From: a phage
Assembly: GCA_037431425.1 (NCBI GenBank)
Contig: GCA_037431425.1_4129.4
DNA length: 34,554 bases
Strand: one strand, 5' to 3'
Under the pieces are notes generated by a model that worked only from the letters and a program-made list of their open reading frames with translations, did no database searches and was not told the DNA's origin. The position numbers and the translations under genes are program-made. Shown here piece by piece: positions 24,074 to 33,469 of this stretch (positions within the stretch are counted from its first letter, which is position 1; each line of letters begins with the position of its first letter).

Positions 24074-24516
24074 TGTCATTACAAAGTGCTCTTGAAAAAG
24101 CAAAAGAACTTCATGCATATATTGAAGATATTAAGGCTGGGAAGTTCGAAGAAATATACAAAGCCGAGAATGGTAACTACTACAAGGATAGTGATTTTGC
24201 TACAACTACAGTTATTCTTGGGTTGAATTCCAAAAGTCCAGCAGACTTTTCTCAATACAATCCAGATGCAGAATTTATTAGTTATGCTTATGGTGGCGAA
24301 ATCCGTTTTTATAATCGCAGCAGACCTTTAAAATTGAACTTTGAAGTACTGAAAGGTCCGTGGGATAGTGAAGAGTACTACTTCCAGAATAGAACTTTGT
24401 ATGATGATGAAGTTCTAGATACTTTAGTTATTATGTGGTACTTTAAAAGTATTGATAGTACAAGATTTTATTTGGATTATGAATATGTACGTGAAGTTTA
24501 TAAGGGTAAACGATGA
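24073..24516 (+). CDS. family B protein (B2 subcluster)
   Basis: Motif WDSEEYYFQNRTLYDD plus WYFK; RBS GGGGGAAG. Confidence 0.7.
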   Translation: MSLQSALEKAKELHAYIEDIKAGKFEEIYKAENGNYYKDSDFATTTVILGLNSKSPADFSQYNPDAEFISYAYGGEIRFYNRSRPLKLNFEVLKGPWDSEEYYFQNRTLYDDEVLDTLVIMWYFKSIDSTRFYLDYEYVREVYKGKR

Positions 24517-24827
24517 AATTCTTATACAGTATTCAGTACATTCCGGGAACAATTAGTTTAATGTATTTCTTCGATCATGATAATTTCCAGCATCTTGCAG
24601 TTAGGAGATGTAATGAATCTTTAATGATCGAATATCTTCACGATTGTGATTATCTTCCTGACTTACTTGAATGTGATTACAGAGATGAGCATGAATCATT
24701 TCTGTTTCAGGAATCACTTGTATGGGACAAGAGAATAAATTTTTATGTTTTACTTGAGATACAAAAACAAGTAAAGTACTACTGGGATTACTTAATCACC
24801 CAAGACTATATAGAGATTGAAATATAA
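24513..24827 (+). CDS. family B protein
   Basis: Motif EHESFLFQESLVWD; ATGA overlap. Confidence 0.65.
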   Translation: MKFLYSIQYIPGTISLMYFFDHDNFQHLAVRRCNESLMIEYLHDCDYLPDLLECDYRDEHESFLFQESLVWDKRINFYVLLEIQKQVKYYWDYLITQDYIEIEI

Positions 24828-25270
24828 TGTACGAAAGTGATCTTAAGCACGCTGAAGAATTAGTTAATATAGTAAAGTTCTTTCAAAATAATGTAAAGTA
24901 CTTAGACTATAAAGGGGCTTATATTAGTACTATAAGTGTTGGTACAGATATTCTAGGATTAGGCAATGAATATAAGTACGAGTCCCATGATTATGACTTG
25001 GAATTCAAGTACTTCGTATGGGATTCTGGAACTTTCTATTCTATAGATGAAGATGGTAAATATTTTGAATTCACAGAAGAAGAAGTTCTATTCTTAAATT
25101 CAGAAGATGCTTACTTTCAATATAGTACTATATACCCAAACGCGGCGTTAAGAGCTTTAGTAGTTTTTAATGCATTTCTGAAAGAGAACTTTAACAATTC
25201 TATATTCATTGATTTAGATTATGTATATGAACTAAATCAGGTGATATATATGGAGTCCAGAAAAGAATGA
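24827..25270 (+). CDS. family B protein
   Basis: Motif EDAYFQYSTIYP; TAATG overlap. Confidence 0.65.
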   Translation: MYESDLKHAEELVNIVKFFQNNVKYLDYKGAYISTISVGTDILGLGNEYKYESHDYDLEFKYFVWDSGTFYSIDEDGKYFEFTEEEVLFLNSEDAYFQYSTIYPNAALRALVVFNAFLKENFNNSIFIDLDYVYELNQVIYMESRKE

Positions 25271-25722
25271 GTTATGAAAGTGCACTAAAAAAGGCTAATG
25301 ATATTCTACGCGTTGTTCAGTTCTTAAAGGACTATCCTGTTTATGTAGATGATGAACGCAGAGAAGTTTCTAATGGCACGAAGATTACAATTGATTCTTT
25401 ATTTGACACTAGCAGCAACAACTGTAGTACTATTGAATTAGCATACGATTATATTTCATTGAACAGAAAATATGATGAAGTTACGATAGAGCGTCATGAG
25501 GATGAAGAATCTTTTAAAATTTCTGATATTTTATCCCTGAGTACTGAAGAAGGGTACTTCCAGGGAAGTACTCTTTATAATGAAGAAACACTTGACAATC
25601 TATGTACATTTAGTGTACTATATCAGAAGTCAGTACTGGATATATTTTATCTAGACACTGAAAAACTTGATAGGTTAGTTGATTTCGTTACTATAGAAGA
25701 GGCATCCTTTGAGAAAAATTAA
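25267..25722 (+). CDS. family B protein
   Basis: Motif TEEGYFQGSTLYNE; ATGA overlap. Confidence 0.65.
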   Translation: MSYESALKKANDILRVVQFLKDYPVYVDDERREVSNGTKITIDSLFDTSSNNCSTIELAYDYISLNRKYDEVTIERHEDEESFKISDILSLSTEEGYFQGSTLYNEETLDNLCTFSVLYQKSVLDIFYLDTEKLDRLVDFVTIEEASFEKN

Positions 25723-26245
25723 CATTAATGATTATGATGCATTACAAGATTTATCAAAAAAGATTCGCACTATCGTACCAGTACTGAAGAAATGCAGTAC
25801 TGGATTAATCGATCCTAGTACAGTTATTAGTGAGAAGTACAATTTTCATAAACTGTTACAAGGGAATGGTGCATTCCAGAAGTGTGAGATACGTGAGACA
25901 CACGTAATTGATACATCATTGTTTTCTATTGGTGCACCTGTGTCGAATAATACTATTTTCCTAGACAACGCTGGAAATATTCAACAATTAACATTTAAGA
26001 AAAGGAAAAAGAACAATAACATTGGTGTGTATGCGATGAAGTGGGGTCAACCTGATTTGAAGCGTGAAATTCACATCCCTAAGTACAATTACAATGCATT
26101 TGACGAACAGTGTTTTCAACTATCGTGTACTGACCCTGACTATGCTATCATTCAGTTCTATATGGAATTGCAGATTGCATTTAACAGTAATTTGTATATT
26201 AACTTATTGGCGATGAACATCGATGAAGTATTCAAAAACATTTAA
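25709..26245 (+). CDS. family B-like protein (non-ATG start)
   Basis: Motif FDEQCFQLSCTDPD; only in-frame start is TTG 25709, 8 nt after RBS GAAGAGG. Confidence 0.5.
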   Translation: MRKININDYDALQDLSKKIRTIVPVLKKCSTGLIDPSTVISEKYNFHKLLQGNGAFQKCEIRETHVIDTSLFSIGAPVSNNTIFLDNAGNIQQLTFKKRKKNNNIGVYAMKWGQPDLKREIHIPKYNYNAFDEQCFQLSCTDPDYAIIQFYMELQIAFNSNLYINLLAMNIDEVFKNI

Positions 26246-26441
26246 TCGAATTGAATACATGAGAACTGTGAGTGCAGTGTGGGACATATGGTTCACTACT
26301 AAACCAAAAATGGATTACCATGACTTTAAGCTATTGTTCTTCGTTGGCTCTAACAAACAGGATGTTGCAATGAAGGGTTATATTCAGCACTTACAGGAAC
26401 TAATCCAGAAGAGAATATATGAAAATAATAGACCAAGATGA
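26223..26441 (+). CDS. family A-like small protein (outlier)
   Basis: Motif FVGSNKQDVAM in the family A C-terminal position. Confidence 0.55.
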   Translation: MKYSKTFNRIEYMRTVSAVWDIWFTTKPKMDYHDFKLLFFVGSNKQDVAMKGYIQHLQELIQKRIYENNRPR

Positions 26442-26610
26442 TATTGCTAAACTATTCAATATATATTCTTCTAAAATGATGCAAATCGACTCATATAGTA
26501 CTGAATTCAAAGAATTAAAAGTACTGATGTATTTGGGTACACAACATCAGGAACAAGTTGTTAAAGAATATATTGATTCATTACAGAAGGATATACGTTA
26601 TGTACAATGA
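26419..26610 (+). CDS. family A small protein (outlier)
   Basis: Motif YLGTQHQEQVV. Confidence 0.6.
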   Translation: MKIIDQDDIAKLFNIYSSKMMQIDSYSTEFKELKVLMYLGTQHQEQVVKEYIDSLQKDIRYVQ

Positions 26611-27154
26611 GCTTGACTTAGCATTTGAACGTGTAAAAATCTTCATTGAAACTTATCTTATGCACAAAACTATATTGAAAACAAAAGGAATATGGTTCAC
26701 TGATAAATTTCTTACTATGGCTAAGAGAGATGGAATGGAACATCTTTACTGTACAGATAGTGCCAGAATTTCAGTACTGAATTATGATGAAAGTGTATCA
26801 TCTGGTACTAGTTTAATTTCGACATATAATGATAATATTACTAGTATTATGTATACTAAAAATTGTTCAAATGTTTCTGTATATAAAAACTGTGATAGTT
26901 CATTATCGTACAATATCGATCAGTACTTTTATCCTAATACAGAAGAAAACATCTTTCAAAATAGTCTTATATTGGATGATACATCTAATAAATGTATATA
27001 TCTTTATAATAAATTAAAAGAGTACATTGATAACAGTTCAATTAGAACTAATACATTCAGTGTTTCTGTTTTAAATTATAATAAGGAAGATGTGTTTTAT
27101 TATACAGAAATTGAAAGAATACATACAATGTATAAGGAACTACTATGTTATTAA
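26600..27154 (+). CDS. family B protein
   Basis: Motif TEENIFQNSLILDD; ATG 26600 preferred over track start 26558. Confidence 0.6.
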   Translation: MYNELDLAFERVKIFIETYLMHKTILKTKGIWFTDKFLTMAKRDGMEHLYCTDSARISVLNYDESVSSGTSLISTYNDNITSIMYTKNCSNVSVYKNCDSSLSYNIDQYFYPNTEENIFQNSLILDDTSNKCIYLYNKLKEYIDNSSIRTNTFSVSVLNYNKEDVFYYTEIERIHTMYKELLCY

Positions 27155-27747
27155 ATGCAAATAAATGTTGTAGTGCTGATGTTCATGTATATTTTAAGAA
27201 ATTAGTCAATGATATCATCTATATGCAAGAAATCATTTATCACAAAAGAATGGACTTAGAAAAAGCATTAGCTCAGTTCTCTTTTAATCTAGATGGTGAT
27301 ATATCTTTAGATGGTGATGGGTTACGTATAACATTAGACAGCAATTCCAATAGAGTTTTCTTTTGGATAGATAATAAATTATGTTCCTCAATTTGTCGCA
27401 CTTTTTATAACCCTATTTCGGACTTGTATCAATTGGTTTATTCGAAAGGTGCGGTTGAAGCATCATATGGTGATAGTTTTGCACTAGGGAAGTCCATTCC
27501 ATATATGCAAACATTTGATATTGAATTAGTCAGTACTGATGAAGATGTAATGTTCACAAATGATCTAACGATGCAGCGTGAATCTGCAATGAGATATATA
27601 ACAAATTCAATGCATACCTTCTTTAAAATAGCAGAATTTGATAATGTATATATATCAAATGTAAATATTTTCACTGACTTGTGTCAGTTTTTGAGAAATA
27701 TTTTTGATTTTGATGAAAGATATTCTAAGTTTTATACTGAGGTTTAA
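27145..27747 (+). CDS. hypothetical protein (200 aa), family motif degenerate or absent
   Basis: ORF with RBS AAGGAAC. Confidence 0.55.
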   Translation: MLLNANKCCSADVHVYFKKLVNDIIYMQEIIYHKRMDLEKALAQFSFNLDGDISLDGDGLRITLDSNSNRVFFWIDNKLCSSICRTFYNPISDLYQLVYSKGAVEASYGDSFALGKSIPYMQTFDIELVSTDEDVMFTNDLTMQRESAMRYITNSMHTFFKIAEFDNVYISNVNIFTDLCQFLRNIFDFDERYSKFYTEV

Positions 27748-27752
27748 ATCAA

Positions 27753-28112
27753 ATGAATACCATTAGTATTACGTACTACACAACTAAAAAATACGTTTGT
27801 TGTTTACTTTCTTTGAAGACTAATGATGATATGTTCAATAATGTGGCATATACATTAGAATTGTCAGAAGATGGTTTTCAATGTCATGAAGCATACTCAA
27901 ATACACGTGAAGATACAATTGATACTACGCTCATGCAAGAGGATGAATTATTTCAAGAAAGTTTAGTATGGGATAAAAAGTACTATTGTGATTTTGATTT
28001 TCTATGTTTAATCCAGAAAGAAATGAAAAGGATCTTCGACAATTATCCAGTGAAGAGATTAAGTTCTGGACCAGAGCAGTACAGGAGGATGATATTCCGA
28101 TATGAAGACTAG
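27753..28112 (+). CDS. family B protein
   Basis: Motif QEDELFQESLVWDKKY; RBS GAGGT. Confidence 0.7.
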   Translation: MNTISITYYTTKKYVCCLLSLKTNDDMFNNVAYTLELSEDGFQCHEAYSNTREDTIDTTLMQEDELFQESLVWDKKYYCDFDFLCLIQKEMKRIFDNYPVKRLSSGPEQYRRMIFRYED

Positions 28113-28437
28113 ATTAGTAAAAGTAATGTATGCTACACATATTAAACTACTTCTTGTGAAATTTGATTATAATAAAAAACACAATGAGTTTTATACTTTA
28201 ATTCGTAATGAAGAATCATTTTCATTGAGATGTAATAATATACCAATGAAAATAAACGATTACACCACATTAGATGAGGGAGAACTATTCCAAGAATCAT
28301 TAGTTATTGATAGTAATATAAAAATAGATATAGAAATTATTAAGCAGTACCAGACGTTATTAAACAAAATTATGAATTGTTATCCCTGTAGAATAGAAGG
28401 TAATATGCAATTTAAATCGAAAATGTACGAGTTGTGA
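28102..28437 (+). CDS. family B protein
   Basis: Motif LDEGELFQESLVID; ATGA overlap. Confidence 0.65.
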   Translation: MKTRLVKVMYATHIKLLLVKFDYNKKHNEFYTLIRNEESFSLRCNNIPMKINDYTTLDEGELFQESLVIDSNIKIDIEIIKQYQTLLNKIMNCYPCRIEGNMQFKSKMYEL

Positions 28438-28444
28438 GGTTTTT

Positions 28445-28981
28445 ATGTTAGATAAAATAATCAATACTGGAACACCATACAACCATCTTAAGTTGGATAC
28501 ATTTGAGTCAGCATTAAGTACTGCCCAAGATATAATTGATATTATTAAGTACATTAAAGAAAATAAGATAAAATGTTTAAAAAAGATAAATCATTCAATG
28601 TACAAAGATGACGACATTCATGTATCAGTTCTAAAGCCAAAAGATAAAGTAAATGGGAGAGATTTTTATAATAATAGTGGACAGTATGAATGCGAATATG
28701 ACCCAGAATTTCGTGGCGGGTTCATGTGCTACAGTAAAAATGACACATCACATATTGAGATACGTACAATAAACGGTGGTATAACTAGATTGGAGTTCAT
28801 TGATATAGTTTTAAATCAGGAAAATTACTTCCAACAAACATTAATTTATCCTTCTTATTATGTAGGAGTACTATTCATGTACAAGTACTTCTATGTGCAC
28901 TTAAATGAAGATTTCTATATAGACTTAGAAGATTACCAATTAGTATGGGAAGAAATGATAGAACTTCGCAATAACACTTGA
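28445..28981 (+). CDS. family B protein
   Basis: Motif NQENYFQQTLIYP; RBS GAGGT. Confidence 0.65.
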   Translation: MLDKIINTGTPYNHLKLDTFESALSTAQDIIDIIKYIKENKIKCLKKINHSMYKDDDIHVSVLKPKDKVNGRDFYNNSGQYECEYDPEFRGGFMCYSKNDTSHIEIRTINGGITRLEFIDIVLNQENYFQQTLIYPSYYVGVLFMYKYFYVHLNEDFYIDLEDYQLVWEEMIELRNNT

Positions 28982-29007
28982 CCCCCACCAAATCTTTGTG
29001 ATATAAT
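28978..29007 (+). promoter_or_regulatory. candidate sigma70-like promoter
   Basis: -35 TTGACC 28978-28983, 18-nt spacer, TG-n-TATAAT 29002-29007. Confidence 0.45.
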
Positions 29008-29040
29008 CTCTTTAAATTAATTGTAAAGGGTTATATCGCA

Positions 29041-29514
29041 ATGTCACCAGACCTCAATTTCGATAATGCACAAAAAATCGCACAATATATCATTAAACTT
29101 CATAAGTTTCTCATAACAGTTAAAGAGGATATAATTCTACCCAAAGGTAAACTTTATGTGGGCAAAAATTATTTGTCATATCGTGGAAATTTATTGTATA
29201 CTACAGATGAAAATTTCTGTGGTATTCGTGTAATTGACGATGTACCAACAGGAAACTTTATCTCATATTGTTTCCGTACATCTAGTCGTTTTAAGTACTA
29301 TCATCCTAGATATGATGATGAACATGACACATTTGATGTTAGGACAGAAGAAGATTTTTTCCAGAACAGTACTTTACACGATGAGAGAATTGTGTTGAGT
29401 TCTACAATTTTTACAGTTCTTAAAGATGAACTCAACGACGCAAATGATAGATTCTATATGGATTTAAACTTCGTAGATGAAATTATGGAGTACATGGAGA
29501 CGAATGGTTTATGA
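29041..29514 (+). CDS. family B protein
   Basis: Motif TEEDFFQNSTLHDE. Confidence 0.65.
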   Translation: MSPDLNFDNAQKIAQYIIKLHKFLITVKEDIILPKGKLYVGKNYLSYRGNLLYTTDENFCGIRVIDDVPTGNFISYCFRTSSRFKYYHPRYDDEHDTFDVRTEEDFFQNSTLHDERIVLSSTIFTVLKDELNDANDRFYMDLNFVDEIMEYMETNGL

Positions 29515-29981
29515 TTACAACAACATATGATTACGATGGTGTTTTGGAATTTGCATCTAACATTCATCGCATTGCTAAGGAGTTCAGAAGTCCCGAACCG
29601 TTTGGTGGAATGTTCCATTATGACATGTTCAGTTCACCCAAAGGAAAACTTGCCTATAAAAATAATAAGGGTAATCAAGTATATGCTGAAATCTTTGACG
29701 ATAATGACTTTCACTACAAAGCCGAATACATTTCATATTGTCCTGGGTCTGATTTGAAGATTTATATTGATAGGGATAAAGAAAATGTATTTGTTCCATA
29801 TACTGATTTAGTCTTCATGTCAGAGGAAATGTACTTTCAGGAATCATTGATTCATGATATAAAAGTTCTTAATGCTATATTATTATATGGTACACTACTT
29901 AATTATTACAAATACAATCAAAGATTCTTTTTAGATTTAGAAGTATACTATATATGCGTGGATTATTTGAATGCAAAATAA
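29511..29981 (+). CDS. family B protein
   Basis: Motif SEEMYFQESLIHD; ATGA overlap. Confidence 0.65.
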   Translation: MITTTYDYDGVLEFASNIHRIAKEFRSPEPFGGMFHYDMFSSPKGKLAYKNNKGNQVYAEIFDDNDFHYKAEYISYCPGSDLKIYIDRDKENVFVPYTDLVFMSEEMYFQESLIHDIKVLNAILLYGTLLNYYKYNQRFFLDLEVYYICVDYLNAK

Positions 29982-30333
29982 GAAAACAATTCAGTACATC
30001 ACTGATGGCAATGAATACTTTGCTTCAAGATATGAATTCAGTGAGGGTCATTTCGTAACTTATATACCTGAATATAATCAGTTTTATCTCCAGATTTACC
30101 AAAAAGATTCCAATATAAATGAATTATATACCGAAATAAAAATCCCAGATTATAGTACTTTATCAGAAGAGGAATTGTTTCAGGAGAGCACGATCAGTAC
30201 TGAAGATGTATACGAACTAATTGAATATCAGAAGGTACTTAAATATTTCCATAAATCACATGATATAGAAATGGATATGGTTAAACCGTGGCGTTATAAT
30301 ACATATGAGGTAAATTATGTTAGAAATGATTAA
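29971..30333 (+). CDS. family B protein
   Basis: Motif LSEEELFQESTIS. Confidence 0.65.
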   Translation: MQNKKTIQYITDGNEYFASRYEFSEGHFVTYIPEYNQFYLQIYQKDSNINELYTEIKIPDYSTLSEEELFQESTISTEDVYELIEYQKVLKYFHKSHDIEMDMVKPWRYNTYEVNYVRND

Positions 30334-30730
30334 AATCATACAACGCTGTCTTGTTGACAAATATGGTATATATGGATATAGTTTAAGTGCTCCTATTGAC
30401 AAAAACAAAACAACCTATGTAAGCTATAATGCAGTGCGTGGGTTTGATATATTCATTAGTACTAATCATCAAATTAAACAAGCCAAAGATGTGTCTATGA
30501 TGACACCTGACGAGCTATTTCAATACAGTTTAGTTCTTCCTACATGCATCGATATACATCGTCTAGGAGCTATACAGAAGGTTTTACGTGAACATAAAGT
30601 ACTACCTAATAAAATTACACACATCCCAGAAACAATCTTCAAAACCATAGAAGTAGAAACCCCTGATTATATGTTAAGTGATGATGAGTTCTACGAGAAG
30701 CACTTCCCTGGTAAAGTTTGGAGAGACTAA
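30317..30730 (+). CDS. family B protein
   Basis: Motif TPDELFQYSLVLP; RBS GAGGT. Confidence 0.65.
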   Translation: MLEMIKIIQRCLVDKYGIYGYSLSAPIDKNKTTYVSYNAVRGFDIFISTNHQIKQAKDVSMMTPDELFQYSLVLPTCIDIHRLGAIQKVLREHKVLPNKITHIPETIFKTIEVETPDYMLSDDEFYEKHFPGKVWRD

Positions 30731-31212
30731 TGAACCGAAAGTACAGAGAAACTATGAAGTTCACTAAGGAGTGTTTAGAGGTAGTTGATTTCATTTTCGA
30801 TAACAAAGACTCTCTGGGTCATCACTTCGTAATTACAAAGAAAGAAGATAAGAGATACAAGTGTCAAAGACTAGGATACAGTATTGAGTTCTCCTTAATG
30901 AGTGATGGAATGATTAACTCCTTATATGAATGTGGGAAGACTGATTACATTTCATTTAGATCATGGAGTGATAATATAATGTTCTTGAGTCCTAATGGAA
31001 GTAAATATCCATTTCTTAATGATTTATCAGAAGAAAGTTACTTTCAAAATAGTTTAATTTACACAGAAAAAGAACTCAAGATGCTATTCATTATGTCGTA
31101 CTTTAAAAAGTACTGCAAATTCAAATTATTATCTTTTGAGATTTCATCAATGAAAGTATTCATTAAAAATGTAAAAGAATTAAAGAGGTTTTTTGATGTA
31201 CATAGAAAATGA
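30718..31212 (+). CDS. family B protein
   Basis: Motif SEESYFQNSLIYTE plus SYFK; RBS GGAGAG. Confidence 0.65.
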   Translation: MERLMNRKYRETMKFTKECLEVVDFIFDNKDSLGHHFVITKKEDKRYKCQRLGYSIEFSLMSDGMINSLYECGKTDYISFRSWSDNIMFLSPNGSKYPFLNDLSEESYFQNSLIYTEKELKMLFIMSYFKKYCKFKLLSFEISSMKVFIKNVKELKRFFDVHRK

Positions 31213-31738
31213 TAATGTAAAATGCATTTCTGACATTTGTATAAAATTAATGAAAATTTTCATTAACCCAAAATACAAGACTCGTTCATTACGTCATGAC
31301 ATTGATGAACATTGTGTAATTACTATTCTAGGTAATATGCTTGATGTAAAGTACGATGGTAAATTGTTATTCGGTATACGAGAAGAGAAGATAGATGATG
31401 TCTTCTTTTCTTCTAAAGATAAGTTTGAACCTTCTGATTATAAAGTAATTATTCGTGATGATAGTATCTACCTTAGTAGTGACTATTCAAATTACTTAAA
31501 TCAAATATACACTGAAAATGTTGACTACCACCATGAACTACTAGATTTACCAAAATCAGACATAGATATGGAGAGAATCAAATTTTCATTATCAAATAAT
31601 GAGTACTTAGGTATACAAACATATTATGCACTTCAAGGAAAGATTCCACCTGCTATGTATATAAGGATTGAAATTGGTAATGTATTCAATGAAAAAGTTA
31701 TATCAATTGCTGATAAAATATTAAGGGTTGAATTATGA
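31196..31738 (+). CDS. hypothetical protein (180 aa), family motif degenerate or absent
   Basis: ATG 31196 after RBS AGAGG (track start 31193 is TTG). Confidence 0.55.
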   Translation: MYIENDNVKCISDICIKLMKIFINPKYKTRSLRHDIDEHCVITILGNMLDVKYDGKLLFGIREEKIDDVFFSSKDKFEPSDYKVIIRDDSIYLSSDYSNYLNQIYTENVDYHHELLDLPKSDIDMERIKFSLSNNEYLGIQTYYALQGKIPPAMYIRIEIGNVFNEKVISIADKILRVEL

Positions 31739-32307
31739 ATATTATGAATTTTACAAATTACCAATTTCATAGGCTTGAATTTCGTCATTGTGTTGCATTT
31801 GCAAAAACATTGATGTGTATCATTGACACTCTTTCAAACAAATCATTTCTAAAGGATAATGATTTATTTCTGAAAAAAAATCGTGTAACATCATCCGATA
31901 TCGGTGTCGAACTATATGTTGAGATCAGTGTTGATACGGAAGATAGTTCAAGAGTGGGGTGTATTGGTACTATTGGTACACACTGTTTTACATGGAATCC
32001 AAATACAAGTCAAGTTCGTATTGATAGAAACAATTCACGTTGGGTTAATATTAGTACTGAACCCGATTTAGAATCAGTAATGTTTCAGTTGAGTTTAATA
32101 CACGAACCTAATGAACTTCTTTATATTATTGTATTCAGTTATCTTTCACAAAATTACGATAAACCAACAGGGTTTTTCATAGAATCGGATATAGATGAAA
32201 TTATGGAAGAGATTCCTAGTTTAAAGGATATTTTAGTACAGAAAGATTTCTATGAAGACTTCAGAGATTTATATGACATGCACTTAGGGTTATTTAAGAA
32301 TGGATAA
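31735..32307 (+). CDS. family B protein
   Basis: Motif DLESVMFQLSLIHE; ATGA overlap. Confidence 0.65.
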   Translation: MNIMNFTNYQFHRLEFRHCVAFAKTLMCIIDTLSNKSFLKDNDLFLKKNRVTSSDIGVELYVEISVDTEDSSRVGCIGTIGTHCFTWNPNTSQVRIDRNNSRWVNISTEPDLESVMFQLSLIHEPNELLYIIVFSYLSQNYDKPTGFFIESDIDEIMEEIPSLKDILVQKDFYEDFRDLYDMHLGLFKNG

Positions 32308-32818
32308 AGATGGTATTCTAATTAGACTAATTAAGAGTTTGATAAAGTTCACAAATAATGATGTCGATACATACAAAGTTGGGGATATTGAATTCAAATC
32401 ATTTGGTATGTACGGTGAAGCCAAAACATATTATGCATCAATAAAATTACAAGAATCACACGAAATGTTAATATCGTTATCATACGAAGATGTTGACCCA
32501 AGATGGAGTTCCAGTATCTCGTTATCGAGAATGGTAATTCGTAATAATCACCGATACATTTCGTCAAGGAATACTCCTAACTTGTTTGATATTGTTTTGA
32601 ATGAAAATACCAACCCTATATCTAAACATGATATCGTACCTTTAACTGATGAAGTTCGTTTTCAGTTGAGCACCATTTGTGACGAAGATGTAATATCATG
32701 TATGAAAATTTACGAGAAGGTTGGGAGTGATATTCCCATGAACTATTACCTAACCATCGATGGAACGTACATCCGAGATGATGTTCTTGTGTACATTGAC
32801 AGTGTTTTTCCAAAATAA
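32300..32818 (+). CDS. family B protein
   Basis: Motif LTDEVRFQLSTICDE. Confidence 0.65.
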   Translation: MDKDGILIRLIKSLIKFTNNDVDTYKVGDIEFKSFGMYGEAKTYYASIKLQESHEMLISLSYEDVDPRWSSSISLSRMVIRNNHRYISSRNTPNLFDIVLNENTNPISKHDIVPLTDEVRFQLSTICDEDVISCMKIYEKVGSDIPMNYYLTIDGTYIRDDVLVYIDSVFPK

Positions 32819-32845
32819 AGACCCGTATGGGTCTTTTTGTGTTTT
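32819..32845 (+). terminator. intrinsic terminator
   Basis: AGACCC-gtat-GGGTCT followed by TTTTTGTGTTTT. Confidence 0.65.
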
Positions 32846-32849
32846 AGGC

Positions 32850-32878
32850 TTTACATAAGCATTCAGGTGTGTTATACT
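32850..32878 (+). promoter_or_regulatory. candidate sigma70-like promoter
   Basis: -35 TTTACA 32850-32855, 17-nt spacer, -10 TATACT 32873-32878. Confidence 0.4.
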
Positions 32879-32905
32879 TGATTTTAAATAAAATTGGAGG
32901 AATAT

Positions 32906-33469
32906 ATGAGTACTGAATTAATTAAAGAAGTCACATTACTTCTGAAACATTGTTTTAAGTACATTCCTGATACTGGTTCACGCCAGTACATTAAAGTTAA
33001 TGAGAAATATAACATTAATGTCTTAAAGAATGAAACCGTTAACAGTTATGCAAACATTGAGTTAGATGTTGAGGACAAATACACAGCATTACACATCATT
33101 TCGTCAGGCGATAGAAAACAAGATTATCGTTCTACATTTTATGATGAGAGTGTTACTGTTGGTTATAACTTTCATAAAAATAAAATTGCGTACAAGAATA
33201 CATACACACATGAAGTAATTGAAGAGTACAATTATAAAATTAAAAAAGACGAGTACGATGTACTTTTATTCAATGCGAACCTCATACATAATGCTTGCAC
33301 AGTTCGCAATCTTATGTTAGCATATGAAATTCCAAAGGTGATAGAAAGAAATGAATTGATAATCTTCAAAACTATTTTAAAATTCAGTACAGAAGAATTA
33401 GAAGAACTAGTACTGGCTCTTAAGATGTTCATCAATGAATATGTGCCTGTTAAATTAGAGGACTTATAA
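32906..33469 (+). CDS. family B-like protein (degenerate motif)
   Basis: ATG 32906 after RBS GGAGG (track start 32894 is TTG); DEYDVLLFNANLIHN at the motif position. Confidence 0.6.
   Translation: MSTELIKEVTLLLKHCFKYIPDTGSRQYIKVNEKYNINVLKNETVNSYANIELDVEDKYTALHIISSGDRKQDYRSTFYDESVTVGYNFHKNKIAYKNTYTHEVIEEYNYKIKKDEYDVLLFNANLIHNACTVRNLMLAYEIPKVIERNELIIFKTILKFSTEELEELVLALKMFINEYVPVKLEDL

Noticed and set aside
22696-24516. Family B core (for example EEYYFQQS, EELFQES) as a TEV/3C-type protease cleavage site (E-x-x-Y-x-Q followed by S/G)
   Set aside because: The resemblance to ENLYFQ-S is striking, but the residue after Gln is usually bulky or charged (Q, E, Y, N) with Ser one position later, and no protease gene is visible in the window. 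More likely a structural or binding motif; kept only as a low-priority idea.
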